NCBI GenBank assembly: GCA_031370005.1
Contig: JANMPT010000043.1
Location: 32,001-96,000 of the forward strand
Length of the DNA: 64,000 nt
From: Bdellovibrionales bacterium
Lineage (GTDB): Bacteria > Bdellovibrionota > Bdellovibrionia > Bdellovibrionales > Bdellovibrionaceae
Reading direction: 5' to 3'
Translations under genes and position numbers: made by a program
Notes under the pieces: model-generated
What the model saw: only the letters and a program-made list of their open reading frames with translations
Database searches by the model: none
What the model was told of the DNA's origin: nothing
Part shown: one piece after another, positions 20,358-30,475 of the stretch
How positions within the stretch are numbered: position 1 is the first letter of the stretch
Layout of the letters: every line of letters begins with the position of its first letter

Positions 20358-20645
20358 ATGCCGACGATTCGTTTTAAGAAAAATAAAAATTCAATTGAAG
20401 TTTCTATGGGGGCCACCTTGATGAGCTCTTTGCTAGAGGCGGGGGTTGCGGTAGCATCCTCTTGTGATGCAGAGGGAGTCTGTGCTAAGTGTGGAATCCA
20501 AATCATCGAGGGTGCCGAGAATCTTTCTGCACCTAATGCCACAGAGCTTTTTCTTAAAGAGAAAAACAATATTCAGGCCGGATTTCGCATTAGTTGTCAA
20601 ACGCAGGTTTTTGGGGACCTTGTCCTTGATGTGGGTTATTGGTGA
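20358..20645 (+). CDS. 2Fe-2S ferredoxin
   Basis: C-x5-C-x2-C...RISCQ pattern. Confidence 0.9.
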   Translation: MPTIRFKKNKNSIEVSMGATLMSSLLEAGVAVASSCDAEGVCAKCGIQIIEGAENLSAPNATELFLKEKNNIQAGFRISCQTQVFGDLVLDVGYW

Positions 20646-20695
20646 CATTGGCCTTTTATATTGCTAGTTTTAAGCCACTTTAAGAGGTGGCTTAT

Positions 20696-21646
20696 ATGGA
20701 TATAAACGCAGACCAAAAAATTGAGAATCTTATTATTATTGGTTCGGGCCCGGCGGGCCTTACTTCTGCTATTTATAGCGCGCGCGCTCGTCTTGACCCG
20801 TTGATGATTGAGGGTGAAGAGGCTGGCGGTCAGTTGATGATTACAACGGAAGTTGAAAACTATCCTGGTTTTGAGCACGGGATTACAGGCCCTGAACTCA
20901 TAGCCGTAATGAGAAAACAAGCAGAAAGATTCGGAACACGTTTTGTTACTCGAAATGTGACAAAAGTGGATTTTTCGCAACGCCCATTTAAAGTTTTTGT
21001 CGGCGATAAACTGTATCTTTCAAAATCAATTATTATTTCTACGGGAGCCAGCGCCCAGTACCTGGGGCTTCCTTCTGAAAAACAATACATGAGTCGCGGA
21101 GTATCTGGCTGTGCGACTTGTGATGGCGCATTCTTTAGGGACATGGATGTTGGTGTTGTGGGTGGTGGCGATACAGCAATGGAGGAGGCTCAGTTCCTGA
21201 CTCGTTTTGCAAAAAATGTTTATGTGATTCATCGCCGCGATCATTTTAGGGCGTCCAAAATTATGGCGGAAAGAACAATAGGCAATCCGAAAATCCAAGT
21301 GCTTTGGAATACGGAAGTGGCCGAAGTTTTGGGTGATGGAAAAAACGTGACGGGTTTGAAACTCAAAGACACAGTGAATGGCTCGACGAAAGACTTGAAG
21401 GCGCAAGGTCTTTTTCTTGCTATTGGGCACAAGCCAACAACGGCCCTGTTCAAAGGTCTATTGGATATGAATGAAACGGGGTACTTGGTGACCAAAGCCG
21501 ATTCCACGTATACAAATATTGAAGGAGTCTTTGCTGCTGGGGACGTACAGGATCACATATATCGTCAAGCGATCACGGCAGCGGGGACCGGATGTATGGC
21601 CGCCATCGACTGTGAAAGATGGTTGGAGACTCAAGCCCACGGATAG
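20696..21646 (+). CDS. trxB: Thioredoxin reductase
   Basis: GSGPAG, CATCDG, GGGDTAMEE and FAAGD motifs. Confidence 0.97.
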   Translation: MDINADQKIENLIIIGSGPAGLTSAIYSARARLDPLMIEGEEAGGQLMITTEVENYPGFEHGITGPELIAVMRKQAERFGTRFVTRNVTKVDFSQRPFKVFVGDKLYLSKSIIISTGASAQYLGLPSEKQYMSRGVSGCATCDGAFFRDMDVGVVGGGDTAMEEAQFLTRFAKNVYVIHRRDHFRASKIMAERTIGNPKIQVLWNTEVAEVLGDGKNVTGLKLKDTVNGSTKDLKAQGLFLAIGHKPTTALFKGLLDMNETGYLVTKADSTYTNIEGVFAAGDVQDHIYRQAITAAGTGCMAAIDCERWLETQAHG

Positions 21647-21655
21647 ATTGAAAAT

Positions 21656-22153
21656 ATGAAAAACAAGAAGATCAATACGAAGGACCTCATTACTAAAATT
21701 GAAAAAGTCGCCAAGGCGCGAATTGCAAGCCAGCCGGTGGTGTCTTTGGCGGACTTCCGTGATGCCGCTAAAAAAGAGGACCCACGTGTTATTCTTGTGA
21801 TTGAAGATGATGAAACAATGCGCATGGCACTTAAGAGAATTTTTGAATCTGAAGGCTATATCACCAAACTTGCCGCCGATGCCACAGCTCTTTCAGAGGT
21901 TCTCGATGACACACCAATTGATCTAATTTTGATGGATGTGGGGCTTCCCTGGGTAAATGGGTTTGAACTGGCGCAGTTGCTCAAAGAGAACAAAGACCTT
22001 AAGGGAATTCCACTTGTCTTCGTTTCTGGTAAGGCGAGCGATGATGATATGAAGCAGGCTTTCGAGATAGGCGCTGATGATTATATCAGAAAGCCGTTCG
22101 ACGTCGAAAAGCTCCGCAAGACGGTTCGTACTCTTTTAAAACTCAACGAGTAA
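21656..22153 (+). CDS. Single-domain response regulator with N-terminal extension
   Basis: IEDD, LMDVGLP, VSG and KPF receiver motifs. Confidence 0.9.
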   Translation: MKNKKINTKDLITKIEKVAKARIASQPVVSLADFRDAAKKEDPRVILVIEDDETMRMALKRIFESEGYITKLAADATALSEVLDDTPIDLILMDVGLPWVNGFELAQLLKENKDLKGIPLVFVSGKASDDDMKQAFEIGADDYIRKPFDVEKLRKTVRTLLKLNE

Positions 22154-23212
22154 TTAATTTCCAATAAACATTGAATTGATACAGTTGTGATTCACGGTTG
22201 GCACTGAGAAGGGCGTTACTCCAACATGAGTTAGGGCTTTGGTCGTTGGATCATAAGTGAATTTTTCAATGGAATTTGCAAAGGCCGTTGTTCCGTTGGC
22301 GACGTATACATAGCCAGTTGTGCTATCATAGGCCATTGCCGTCGGGCCATTTATGACACTTGCGTTTGTGTAAGCTGCGGCTCCCGCAGCAGTTAGAGTA
22401 TGCCCCGCTTCATCGACAGTATATTGCCAAATTTGATTATTGGCCACTGTCGAACTTGAGTAGGCCACTAAGAGATGGTTCATGCTGCTAATATAGATCA
22501 TAGATGTAGGATATGAAGCCGTTGTGGGCGCAGCCACACCTTGATAGCAGGTCGAAGCAGCGGCTGTTGAGCCTGTAGTCATACCAATCCGATTATTGGT
22601 AGATGCGCCGGTAAATGAGTTGGCATACAGAATATCACCAGCTGCAGTAAAGGCGGTGGCTGTAATGGCGTTTGTGGACGTTGCGCAACTTCCTGCTGGA
22701 GCACTTAAAAAGGGCATTGCTGAGCTTGGTAGACGAGCTTTGTTAGAGGCAAAACGCTCAACAGCACTTGATTTGCTTACGAGCAATGTTCCGTCATTAC
22801 CAAGAGTCAGTGTTCGAACGATACTTGTGAGGGCGGTGCTATTTGTTAAAAAATTAACCACTGTCGCGAGTTTTTTATTTACGATTTCAATACGACGACC
22901 ACCGGTGTTTTCCACTAGGACATAGAGATTGTCGTTATCATAGGGGGCAATTGCGACGGGTGTGTCTGTCAAATTGGCAGTATAGTCTATGACCGTTTTA
23001 TCAATGACGCCCGTGTTGAGATTAATTCTAGAAATAGTTTTTGCAGCGCTTGAAGCTGTCAAACCCGTCGGGGCAAAGCAGCCGCCGCTTTGGATGTATA
23101 GGTACCGATCAGAAGAGGCTGCGTCCTCAGTTTTTTTAGGTTGGCAACGGACTCCAAGAACCAAGATCAAGGCACTTGCAATAAATAAAATGAAGAGTCT
23201 GCTGACGATCAT
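22154..23212 (-). CDS. Secreted or lipoprotein, Ser/Thr/Ala-rich, probable beta-propeller
   Basis: Hydrophobic signal followed by Cys; repeated P..ia...dnlYV blade-like segments; GGGAGA RBS before 23212. Confidence 0.65.
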   Translation of the reverse strand: MIVSRLFILFIASALILVLGVRCQPKKTEDAASSDRYLYIQSGGCFAPTGLTASSAAKTISRINLNTGVIDKTVIDYTANLTDTPVAIAPYDNDNLYVLVENTGGRRIEIVNKKLATVVNFLTNSTALTSIVRTLTLGNDGTLLVSKSSAVERFASNKARLPSSAMPFLSAPAGSCATSTNAITATAFTAAGDILYANSFTGASTNNRIGMTTGSTAAASTCYQGVAAPTTASYPTSMIYISSMNHLLVAYSSSTVANNQIWQYTVDEAGHTLTAAGAAAYTNASVINGPTAMAYDSTTGYVYVANGTTAFANSIEKFTYDPTTKALTHVGVTPFSVPTVNHNCINSMFIGN

Positions 23213-23235
23213 GTTGGTTCTCCCGTTTGGCATAT

Positions 23236-23262
23236 AGATCGGCTCTGGTTAAGAAAACTTAA
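23236..23262 (-). promoter_or_regulatory. sigma28-type promoter
   Basis: Minus strand reads TTAAG-N14-GCCGATCT. Confidence 0.7.
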
Positions 23263-23370
23263 CAAGAGGGCGGGTTTTTGTCTCAGCTAGAGAATAAATC
23301 TAGGCCTTTATCCAGAGGATGGTTAAGAAGTCTTTGCAGAACTTGATGCGGATAGCTTTACTGGCGATTT

Positions 23371-24171
23371 TTAACCTGCAGTTTTTTTAAGGCGGCTTTG
23401 TTGAGCTGTATAGTCATTTATGAGCTTGCTTAGTTTTATTGCGGTTTCTTTGTCTTGCTCTAGGAAAACTAAATGCCTTGGGTCGCTGATGTCTCCAATA
23501 ATTTTACCTTTTAAATGCACTCGACTTTGGCGCGGATCTTTTTCGAACTTGTTCACCAGAATCATTTCAAAAGGACGATGAAAAAAATCCTTTGGGATCT
23601 CATCTTCAAGAAGAGTTCCAGTAAGAGAAATATTTCTTGAGTGAGTTCGAAACGAGGTCCCTTTTTTTGTTAAAAGAATGGCCTCAATCTTAAATTCGTG
23701 ACGAGTGGATGTGCGGCGATCTTTCGGGGAGCCGAGCTCACTACGACTGACAACAATCTCTATTGAAGGCTTGTCAGGAAGTCCTGACAGCGTTAAGTCA
23801 TCGCCGTTGAACTCATTATAATAATAGCCATAATCTAAATTTCGGATATCTTCTGCGGCAACCACGTTGGTATAGAAGGGATTTTCGGAGTCCTGGCGTC
23901 GGACCTTAAGAGTGATTTCAGAGAGTATTTGTTTTTCTTTATTAATCAAGGGCTCGGGTGGTTGAGCTTGGACAAAGTATTTCTGACCACTGGAAAGAAA
24001 TTGAATAAGAGGCTGCCACTCTGTCCACCCGGGGGTCCAAATATGATATTGGTGAAGATGACGAACTTTGAAGCTTAGAATCATCATCTGCGCTTGAATA
24101 ATAGACATCGGCTTTGTTTTTTTACTGGTGGCCGTATCGAAGATGAGCCAAATCTTACCTTCAGTTTTCAT
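23371..24171 (-). CDS. GYF_2-like N-terminal domain plus PilZ domain protein
   Basis: IWTPGWTEW segment; PilZ RxxxR (RTSTR) and NxSxxG (NISLTG). GGGG RBS before 24171. Confidence 0.75.
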   Translation of the reverse strand: MKTEGKIWLIFDTATSKKTKPMSIIQAQMMILSFKVRHLHQYHIWTPGWTEWQPLIQFLSSGQKYFVQAQPPEPLINKEKQILSEITLKVRRQDSENPFYTNVVAAEDIRNLDYGYYYNEFNGDDLTLSGLPDKPSIEIVVSRSELGSPKDRRTSTRHEFKIEAILLTKKGTSFRTHSRNISLTGTLLEDEIPKDFFHRPFEMILVNKFEKDPRQSRVHLKGKIIGDISDPRHLVFLEQDKETAIKLSKLINDYTAQQSRLKKTAG

Positions 24172-24205
24172 ATTCCCCACAACGAAAAAGACCCAGACCT
24201 TATTC

Positions 24206-24232
24206 TTATCGGTTTTAGAGAGTTGTTTATTA
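24206..24232 (-). promoter_or_regulatory. sigma28-type promoter
   Basis: Minus strand reads TAAT-N15-ACCGATAA. Confidence 0.5.
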
Positions 24233-24321
24233 AGGAGCAATACACAAATTATCGTGCAAACTATGGAACGTATCGTTTTGAGATATCTTGAAGTGAGTCA
24301 GAAAATTTTAAAATGCCATAT

Positions 24322-25290
24322 CTAAACGCGAATGCATGCCGCCACATGATGGGGGCGTTTTTCCTCAAGTGGTGGAATGATTTTTTTGCAATCTTCAATG
24401 GCCATTGGGCAGCGAGGATGGAAGTGACAGCCTGAAGGAGGATTGATCGGGCTTGGGACGTCGCCAATTAGAATAATGCGCTCTTCTTTGTGCTGGGGAT
24501 CTGGAACTGGGATTGCTGATAACAAGGCGCGGGTGTAAGGATGTTTTGGATATGTGTAGAGCTCCTCAGACTCAGACATTTCAACAATTTTACCCAAATA
24601 CATGACGGCCACTTGCGTAGAAACGTGCTCTACAACTTTCAAGTCATGGGCGATAAAGACATAGGTAAGGCCTAACTTTTTTTGAAGTTCCATCAAAAGA
24701 TTCAGTACCTGGGCTTGAATCGAAACATCCAACGCAGAAACGGGCTCATCACAAACAATAAGCTCTGGATTTACAGCAAGAGCACGAGCTATGCCCACGC
24801 GCTGTCTTTGGCCACCAGAGAACTCATGAGGATAACGGCTCATAGCTTCAGGACGAAGACCCACAAGCTGGGCTAACTCCATTACACGCTCTTTGCGGGT
24901 AGCTTCAGAAGAGTACAGATTGTGGATAATTAAAGGCTCTTCAAGAATCGAACCGATTGTCATACGCGGGTTTAAGCTTGCATATGGATCTTGGAAGATG
25001 ATCTGCATTTTTTTTCGGATTTCACGAAGCTCGTCGCCTTCGATTTTCGTAATGTCATTGCCATTAAAGCGTACGGTTCCAGAAGTTGGATCCAACAAGC
25101 GAATCAAACAGCGACCTAAAGTGGATTTTCCGCAACCAGATTCGCCCACGAGACCGAGGGTCTCACCTTTTTTTAATTTAAAGCTCACATCAGAAACGGC
25201 TTTAACGCTTGCAATTTCACGATTTAAAATTCCCCCATGAATGGGGAAGCTCTTAACTAGATTTTCAACTTCGAGGAGATAGGGGCTCAT
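24322..25290 (-). CDS. oppF: Peptide ABC transporter ATPase
   Basis: [16 protein letters not shown] and HPYT motifs; C-terminal Cys domain. Confidence 0.93.
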   Translation of the reverse strand: MSPYLLEVENLVKSFPIHGGILNREIASVKAVSDVSFKLKKGETLGLVGESGCGKSTLGRCLIRLLDPTSGTVRFNGNDITKIEGDELREIRKKMQIIFQDPYASLNPRMTIGSILEEPLIIHNLYSSEATRKERVMELAQLVGLRPEAMSRYPHEFSGGQRQRVGIARALAVNPELIVCDEPVSALDVSIQAQVLNLLMELQKKLGLTYVFIAHDLKVVEHVSTQVAVMYLGKIVEMSESEELYTYPKHPYTRALLSAIPVPDPQHKEERIILIGDVPSPINPPSGCHFHPRCPMAIEDCKKIIPPLEEKRPHHVAACIRV

Positions 25291-26282
25291 TATTTGTCTC
25301 CTTGATCAGCTACGGGATGGAAGCAGGCCGCAAGATGAGCGGCTCGCTTGCTTTCAAGTTTTGGCTCTGCCTGGCGGCAGTCATTTTGAACATTTGGACA
25401 GCGATCCTGGAAGCGGCAACCCTTTGGTAAAGCCAAAAGACTTGGAACCATACCACTGATGGTTTTAAGTTCCGCCAGTTTATGGCCAGTTTCAAAGTGC
25501 GGAATAGAATCCAGAAGTCCTCGAGTATAAGGATGCTTTGGGCGATAAAAAATATCTTCGACCGTGCCGTACTCTACAACTTTTCCTGCGTACATAACCA
25601 CCACGTCTTGACACATCTCCGCGACAACACCCAGATCATGGGTGATCAAGATCATTCCAGCTTTGAAATCTTTTTGTAGCTTGCGCATAAGATCCAAAAT
25701 TTGAGCTTGAATCGTCACATCCAAAGCCGTGGTCGGCTCATCCGCAATCAAAAGTTGAGGATTGCAACTGATCGCCATGGCAATCATCACGCGTTGGCGC
25801 ATACCACCTGAAAGCTGGTGGGGATACTCATTGTAACGCTTTTCAGGAGCTGGGATGCCTACGATACGAAGCATTTCAACGGAACGAGCCTTTACTTCCG
25901 CCTTGCTGAGTTTTGGATAGTGTAGCGCGATGGACTCGCCGATTTGGTTTCCGCAGGTATAAACAGGGTTTAATGAGGTCATGGGTTCTTGAAAGATCAT
26001 TGCGATTTCATTGCCACGGATGCGGCGCATGTCTTCGTCAGAGATTTTTAATAAATCTTTCCCATGATATAAAATTTCGCCAGATTCAATTTTTCCAGGG
26101 CTTTGAATCAGCTTCATGATTGATAAGGAGGTCACGGACTTTCCGCAGCCGGATTCACCAACAATTCCGATGGTTTGACCTTTTTTAACGGCGAAGCTAA
26201 CATCGTCGACAGCGTAAAGGGTGCCCTCGTCGGTATTGAATCGTGTTCTTAGGTTTTTAACTTCTAAAAGGGTCTCGCTCAC
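25290..26282 (-). CDS. oppD: Peptide ABC transporter ATPase
   Basis: [16 protein letters not shown] and DEPTTALD motifs. Confidence 0.93.
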   Translation of the reverse strand: MSETLLEVKNLRTRFNTDEGTLYAVDDVSFAVKKGQTIGIVGESGCGKSVTSLSIMKLIQSPGKIESGEILYHGKDLLKISDEDMRRIRGNEIAMIFQEPMTSLNPVYTCGNQIGESIALHYPKLSKAEVKARSVEMLRIVGIPAPEKRYNEYPHQLSGGMRQRVMIAMAISCNPQLLIADEPTTALDVTIQAQILDLMRKLQKDFKAGMILITHDLGVVAEMCQDVVVMYAGKVVEYGTVEDIFYRPKHPYTRGLLDSIPHFETGHKLAELKTISGMVPSLLALPKGCRFQDRCPNVQNDCRQAEPKLESKRAAHLAACFHPVADQGDK

Positions 26283-26338
26283 GGTCTGGTTTCTCCCACT
26301 TTAAAGCCCGTTTCTTATACAAGGCATGAAGCCAGGCA

Positions 26339-27016
26339 TCAACGATTAATCAATTTGTGGATCAGTTTATGGAGCCCAGCATAGCTCTGCAAGGTCGCCA
26401 CGGGATTATATTTTTGTAAAACCTCTATTTTAGAATACCCGAACTCCACGGCAATTGAGCCAACACCAGCGGCTTGGGCTGCTTTCATATCTGGGGTGCC
26501 ATCCCCGATCATAAATGTTGTGGAGGCAGAGTTTCCGGATCGCCTCATCATTTCTTGAAGTGGCAAGGGATGGGGCTTGCGTTCTGTGAGTGTGTCGGCT
26601 CCAAAAACAGCTATCCAGGGGATTGCATCATCGCCATCAAGAAGGCCGCAATGACGAAGGATTTTTTTTGCGGGGCCTTCATTTTTATTGGTCACGATAC
26701 CTTTAGGGCCTGGGTACTCTTGCAAGAACTCCACGGCTCCCGGAAATGGACGAGTCGTTTTGTACATTTCTTCTTCGTAAGTATTTAAAAAATTTTCGTA
26801 AATATGCTGATATTTTTCCAGAGGGCTGTCTTGATGTTCAGGGAAAAAATCACTCAAGAGTTTCTGCAATCCTTCGCCGATATGGTGGACAATCACCTCA
26901 TGAGGTAAAGTTGGCTTGCCATAAAACGCAAGGGTTTTATTCAAAGCCGAAGAAATGTCTTTTGCGGAATCAATCAAGGTTCCATCGAGATCAAAAATAA
27001 GAAGTGGCCAAGTCAT
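26339..27016 (-). CDS. HAD hydrolase, phosphoglycolate phosphatase-like
   Basis: FDLDGTL, TNK, KPHP and GDGxxD motifs. Confidence 0.85.
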   Translation of the reverse strand: MTWPLLIFDLDGTLIDSAKDISSALNKTLAFYGKPTLPHEVIVHHIGEGLQKLLSDFFPEHQDSPLEKYQHIYENFLNTYEEEMYKTTRPFPGAVEFLQEYPGPKGIVTNKNEGPAKKILRHCGLLDGDDAIPWIAVFGADTLTERKPHPLPLQEMMRRSGNSASTTFMIGDGTPDMKAAQAAGVGSIAVEFGYSKIEVLQKYNPVATLQSYAGLHKLIHKLINR

Positions 27017-27024
27017 GAGGCATT

Positions 27025-27984
27025 CTAGGACATGTTTAGAGCTTTTTCAATTTTTGCTTTTAGCAATGCACTTTCCTCTTGGGTTGGAGCCTCGCCCCAT
27101 TTTTGGGTAAACTCAGCCACAGCGGCAGCATAGGCTTTTTGGAACATTTCTTGTTTAATTAAGGGGATGCCATTTTCAAGACTATTACGCTGCTCGCGCA
27201 GTTGCTGGGTCGTTTGCAAAACCTGCTCATCTATGGCGACTTGCAGGTCGTGATAGGCATGCTCCATTTGAACGATGAGCATGACACTAAAAAATACGGG
27301 GGCATAGAGTTTACGAAAAGTATTATAGGCTTCAATTTTTCCTTGTTGACCGAGGGCAATTCGGACCTCTTCCGCGTGGGGATTAAAGCCATCACGAATG
27401 ACCTTGTACATAAGTTCAGAGGACAGGCTTTTGTTTTTAAGAGATGGCAGGGCAAAGGGCAAGCGAGTCAGATCGCCGAGGCGACTCGCCTGTAGATTCC
27501 AAACGCGGTCCAATAGCTTTTTGAGTAAACCGATTTTTTCTGGGTTATAAATATCATTCCATGTCTTGAGAAAACCTTCTTTGAGGAGCTGCTCCTTGAT
27601 GATTAAGATAGTGGACTCCTCAAGCCGCTGGTCGCCAGATTTAAAGAGCCAACGATCGACGAGTTCTTTAGAGCCAAAGAGTGCTGTGCCAAGTTCAATG
27701 GTATATCTTTCGAGGGCTTTGTCTGAAGGGAAACTGCGCACCTCAAGATCATTGACGAGCCTTCTGATTTTTCTTTTTCGAAACCAAGAAAGGTTTTGGG
27801 TATATTCCTCGAAAGACTTTCCATTTAGCAGAAACTGCGAGTTCTCACCGTCTATTTTTTCTAAAATATCTTGGACGGTGGGCTGAAAAATTGCATCACA
27901 GCGAATGACTTTGGCGTCGGCGGAGGGGAGTCCGCCAAAAACAAGAAGAGCTGCAAAAATAAAAGTGCGACTGCTTATATGCAT
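27025..27984 (-). CDS. Secreted or membrane-anchored hypothetical protein
   Basis: Signal peptide then CxxxF; one internal hydrophobic segment followed by a coiled coil. Confidence 0.65.
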   Translation of the reverse strand: MHISSRTFIFAALLVFGGLPSADAKVIRCDAIFQPTVQDILEKIDGENSQFLLNGKSFEEYTQNLSWFRKRKIRRLVNDLEVRSFPSDKALERYTIELGTALFGSKELVDRWLFKSGDQRLEESTILIIKEQLLKEGFLKTWNDIYNPEKIGLLKKLLDRVWNLQASRLGDLTRLPFALPSLKNKSLSSELMYKVIRDGFNPHAEEVRIALGQQGKIEAYNTFRKLYAPVFFSVMLIVQMEHAYHDLQVAIDEQVLQTTQQLREQRNSLENGIPLIKQEMFQKAYAAAVAEFTQKWGEAPTQEESALLKAKIEKALNMS

Positions 27985-27997
27985 GGTCTACCTAAGA

Positions 27998-28816
27998 TCA
28001 TTGAAGTGCAGCGGAGGCGGCCCTTAAAGACGCCCGGGTCATTTGGATTTCTTTGATGATGACTTCTGTTTGTGCCCCTTGCAGTCCAGAGATAAGCGCA
28101 GCTAAGTTGCCGGCGTTCATAACCAGGGTGCCGATCATCATGGATGCTTTTGATTCCCTTTGAGTGAAACTATAAATCACCAGAGCAGAGCCGATCAGCT
28201 GACCAACTTGAGAAACCAATCTATTACGAGAGACTTCACTTTCTTGGGTCTGGTATTGAACTAAGGAGTTCTGAGTACTTTTGATGGAAAGGCCTAATTG
28301 AGTAAGGACGGCAGAGGTGTTTTTGTCGTTAGATGTTTGAGCAAGGGCGGCGGTAATATTTTTTTGAGCTTCTGCAAGTTGGATTCCGATGGTCTTTGTG
28401 TCTGTGCTTGGTTTTAATACTTTGCTGGTCAGACCGCCCATCGTAGAGCTCACCGTTGCGCCGACAGAAAAGACGCCCAAGACACTTAAAAAAAGCAGAT
28501 TATATAGCGAACCTTCGTCACGGCCTTTGCGCAGGCTCATATGTGCTAATGCAGAAAGGCCAAGGCCGAGCCCTGCACCGGCGACAGCTAAGCCATTGGC
28601 GAATCGGCCCTTGCCAGTTTTTGTCCTGATAGCTTCAAGGGTGTTAGACAAAGTCTGATCTAAGAGAATCAGCTCGTGGTTGATAGCACCTAGATTTTCT
28701 TTGGCATTTGAGATCGCCTGTTCGCCAACGCCTTCCGTGCGATCGGAATTAGCATACCCGGAGCTTTGAACTGATATGAGGCCAGCAAGGGTCAATGATA
28801 AAGCCTTTGTTTTCAT
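27998..28816 (-). CDS. Secreted helical protein with hydrophobic Gly/Ala-rich hairpins
   Basis: Signal peptide, GLAVAGAGLGLGLSA segment and coiled coils; GGGAGA RBS. Confidence 0.65.
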   Translation of the reverse strand: MKTKALSLTLAGLISVQSSGYANSDRTEGVGEQAISNAKENLGAINHELILLDQTLSNTLEAIRTKTGKGRFANGLAVAGAGLGLGLSALAHMSLRKGRDEGSLYNLLFLSVLGVFSVGATVSSTMGGLTSKVLKPSTDTKTIGIQLAEAQKNITAALAQTSNDKNTSAVLTQLGLSIKSTQNSLVQYQTQESEVSRNRLVSQVGQLIGSALVIYSFTQRESKASMMIGTLVMNAGNLAALISGLQGAQTEVIIKEIQMTRASLRAASAALQ

Positions 28817-28869
28817 GTAACTCTCCCTAATCATTTGAAAAAGCGAATTCTAGAGTTCGCAGGAAATCT

Positions 28870-28885
28870 AGCGATAGTCATACCA
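28870..28885 (-). promoter_or_regulatory. sigma54-type promoter
   Basis: Minus strand reads TGGTATGACTATCGCT (GG-N10-GC). Confidence 0.5.
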
Positions 28886-28988
28886 AGGAGGGTAGGGCTT
28901 AAAATTGATCTGAGGGTTTCATTTTGTCGAAATAATTTATCTTAGCCGTAGGTTGTCATGTTTTAAAAAGTAGTGTTATTTATGGAGA

Positions 28989-29651
28989 ATGCGCAACGAA
29001 GTCTCTAAAGCTCAAACTTATATTGAGTCACTCATCAGCGAAGAGGCCCTCAGTAAACGTAAGTCTCGTGATTTTGCTGAAGAGCTCGGTCTTGGGAAGA
29101 TCTGCTTGTCTCCTTCTGAGGGAAGTTTGTTGGCCTTCATGGTACGCCTGCTCGGATGTCATAAATTTGTAGAAATTGGAAGTCTCACGGGGCTTTCCGC
29201 CCAGTATATTTTGGAGGGCATGAACGGCAATGGGGAGCTCTGGTCCCTGGAGAAAACAGAGCCTCATGCTGCCAAAGCATTAGAGGCTCTTTCTCAGCAC
29301 CCAGCTGCTAAAAAGGTTCATGTCCTTCTTGGCGATGCGCGGATTACGCTAGAGGAGCTTAAGGCACAGGGGCCTTTTGATGGGGTATTTATTGATGGCA
29401 ACAAAGCGGCCTATGGGGATTACTTGGACTGGGCTGAAAAAAATATTCGCTTTGGAGGCCTGATCGTCGCTGATAATGTGTTTTTGAGCGGTGCTGTTTG
29501 GGGTGATAACGAGGGGCATAGCAAAAAGTTCAGCGAAAAACAGATAAAGGTCATGCAGTGCTTTAATAAACGTTTAAGTGACCCGACACTTTACGACAGC
29601 ATCCTCGTTCCGACAAACGAAGGAATGCTCTTGGCGGTGAAAAGATTTTAG
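28989..29651 (+). CDS. SAM-dependent O-methyltransferase (COMT/CCoAOMT-like)
   Basis: VEIGSLTGLS, FDGVFIDGNK and VADNV motifs. Confidence 0.88.
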   Translation: MRNEVSKAQTYIESLISEEALSKRKSRDFAEELGLGKICLSPSEGSLLAFMVRLLGCHKFVEIGSLTGLSAQYILEGMNGNGELWSLEKTEPHAAKALEALSQHPAAKKVHVLLGDARITLEELKAQGPFDGVFIDGNKAAYGDYLDWAEKNIRFGGLIVADNVFLSGAVWGDNEGHSKKFSEKQIKVMQCFNKRLSDPTLYDSILVPTNEGMLLAVKRF

Positions 29652-30466
29652 GATTCCCGCAAAGGTGTTGAGATTTCCTGAAGAAATTTTTCCACAGCTG
29701 GGGCGTATTCATCTCTGCAATCACGCAAACCCGTAAGATGCTCTGCCTCGGGGAGACTCAGCTTTCGCCAATCTAAATTGTGATGGGGTTCAAAAACCGC
29801 GTCAATGTGATCCGGGGGGATCAAGCGATCCTTCCAGCCACGAATCGAAAGAATTTTAAAATTTTTTGGAAACAGCTCAAGGTCTGTATGCAGATCTTTA
29901 TGCAAATAAGGACTCCAGATATAAGACAAAAGTGGAGTCAGCGCATGGTGAAATACCGCTGAATTTATTTTCCATTCGTACTTCGCCAGGTTTGAGAAAG
30001 ATTCAACAAATTTTCCAGAGGGCCCGCTGTCAAAAATTATTCCGTCGACATCCGCACACAGGCGGTGAGCCAGGGCTTCAATCGCCGCACCTCCAGGGTT
30101 TGAAAAAGCAAAGATGATCTTTTTGCCAGGGATGATATTGAGTAGGTTTTCAATTTGATCCGCATACACATGCTTGAGGCCAAATTTCATTTGGGAACTC
30201 ACTGGCATTTTTAAATTTTCTACGAGCTCCTTGCGTTTTTTGAATGGAGTCAGAAGACCTTGGGAAAAATCAAGAAGGGCCGGGGTCTTTTGCAAATCAA
30301 AGACGACGCTGTCATAGCCAAGATCGGTGACAAGCTTCACATGCCGGGCAAGTTCGCGTTGAAGAGCGCCAAAGAAAGGAACAAACAAGACGGTCTCTTC
30401 GTACTTTTTATTTTTGGATTTAAAAAGCCGACCTTCATAGGGAAAAGAGACCGTTGTAGAAGTCAT
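29648..30466 (-). CDS. Alpha/beta-hydrolase fold protein (DUF829-like)
   Basis: AFSN nucleophile elbow, IFDSGP, and downstream Asp (KDRL) and His (AEH). Confidence 0.6.
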   Translation of the reverse strand: MTSTTVSFPYEGRLFKSKNKKYEETVLFVPFFGALQRELARHVKLVTDLGYDSVVFDLQKTPALLDFSQGLLTPFKKRKELVENLKMPVSSQMKFGLKHVYADQIENLLNIIPGKKIIFAFSNPGGAAIEALAHRLCADVDGIIFDSGPSGKFVESFSNLAKYEWKINSAVFHHALTPLLSYIWSPYLHKDLHTDLELFPKNFKILSIRGWKDRLIPPDHIDAVFEPHHNLDWRKLSLPEAEHLTGLRDCRDEYAPAVEKFLQEISTPLRES

Positions 30467-30475
30467 TATAGAATC

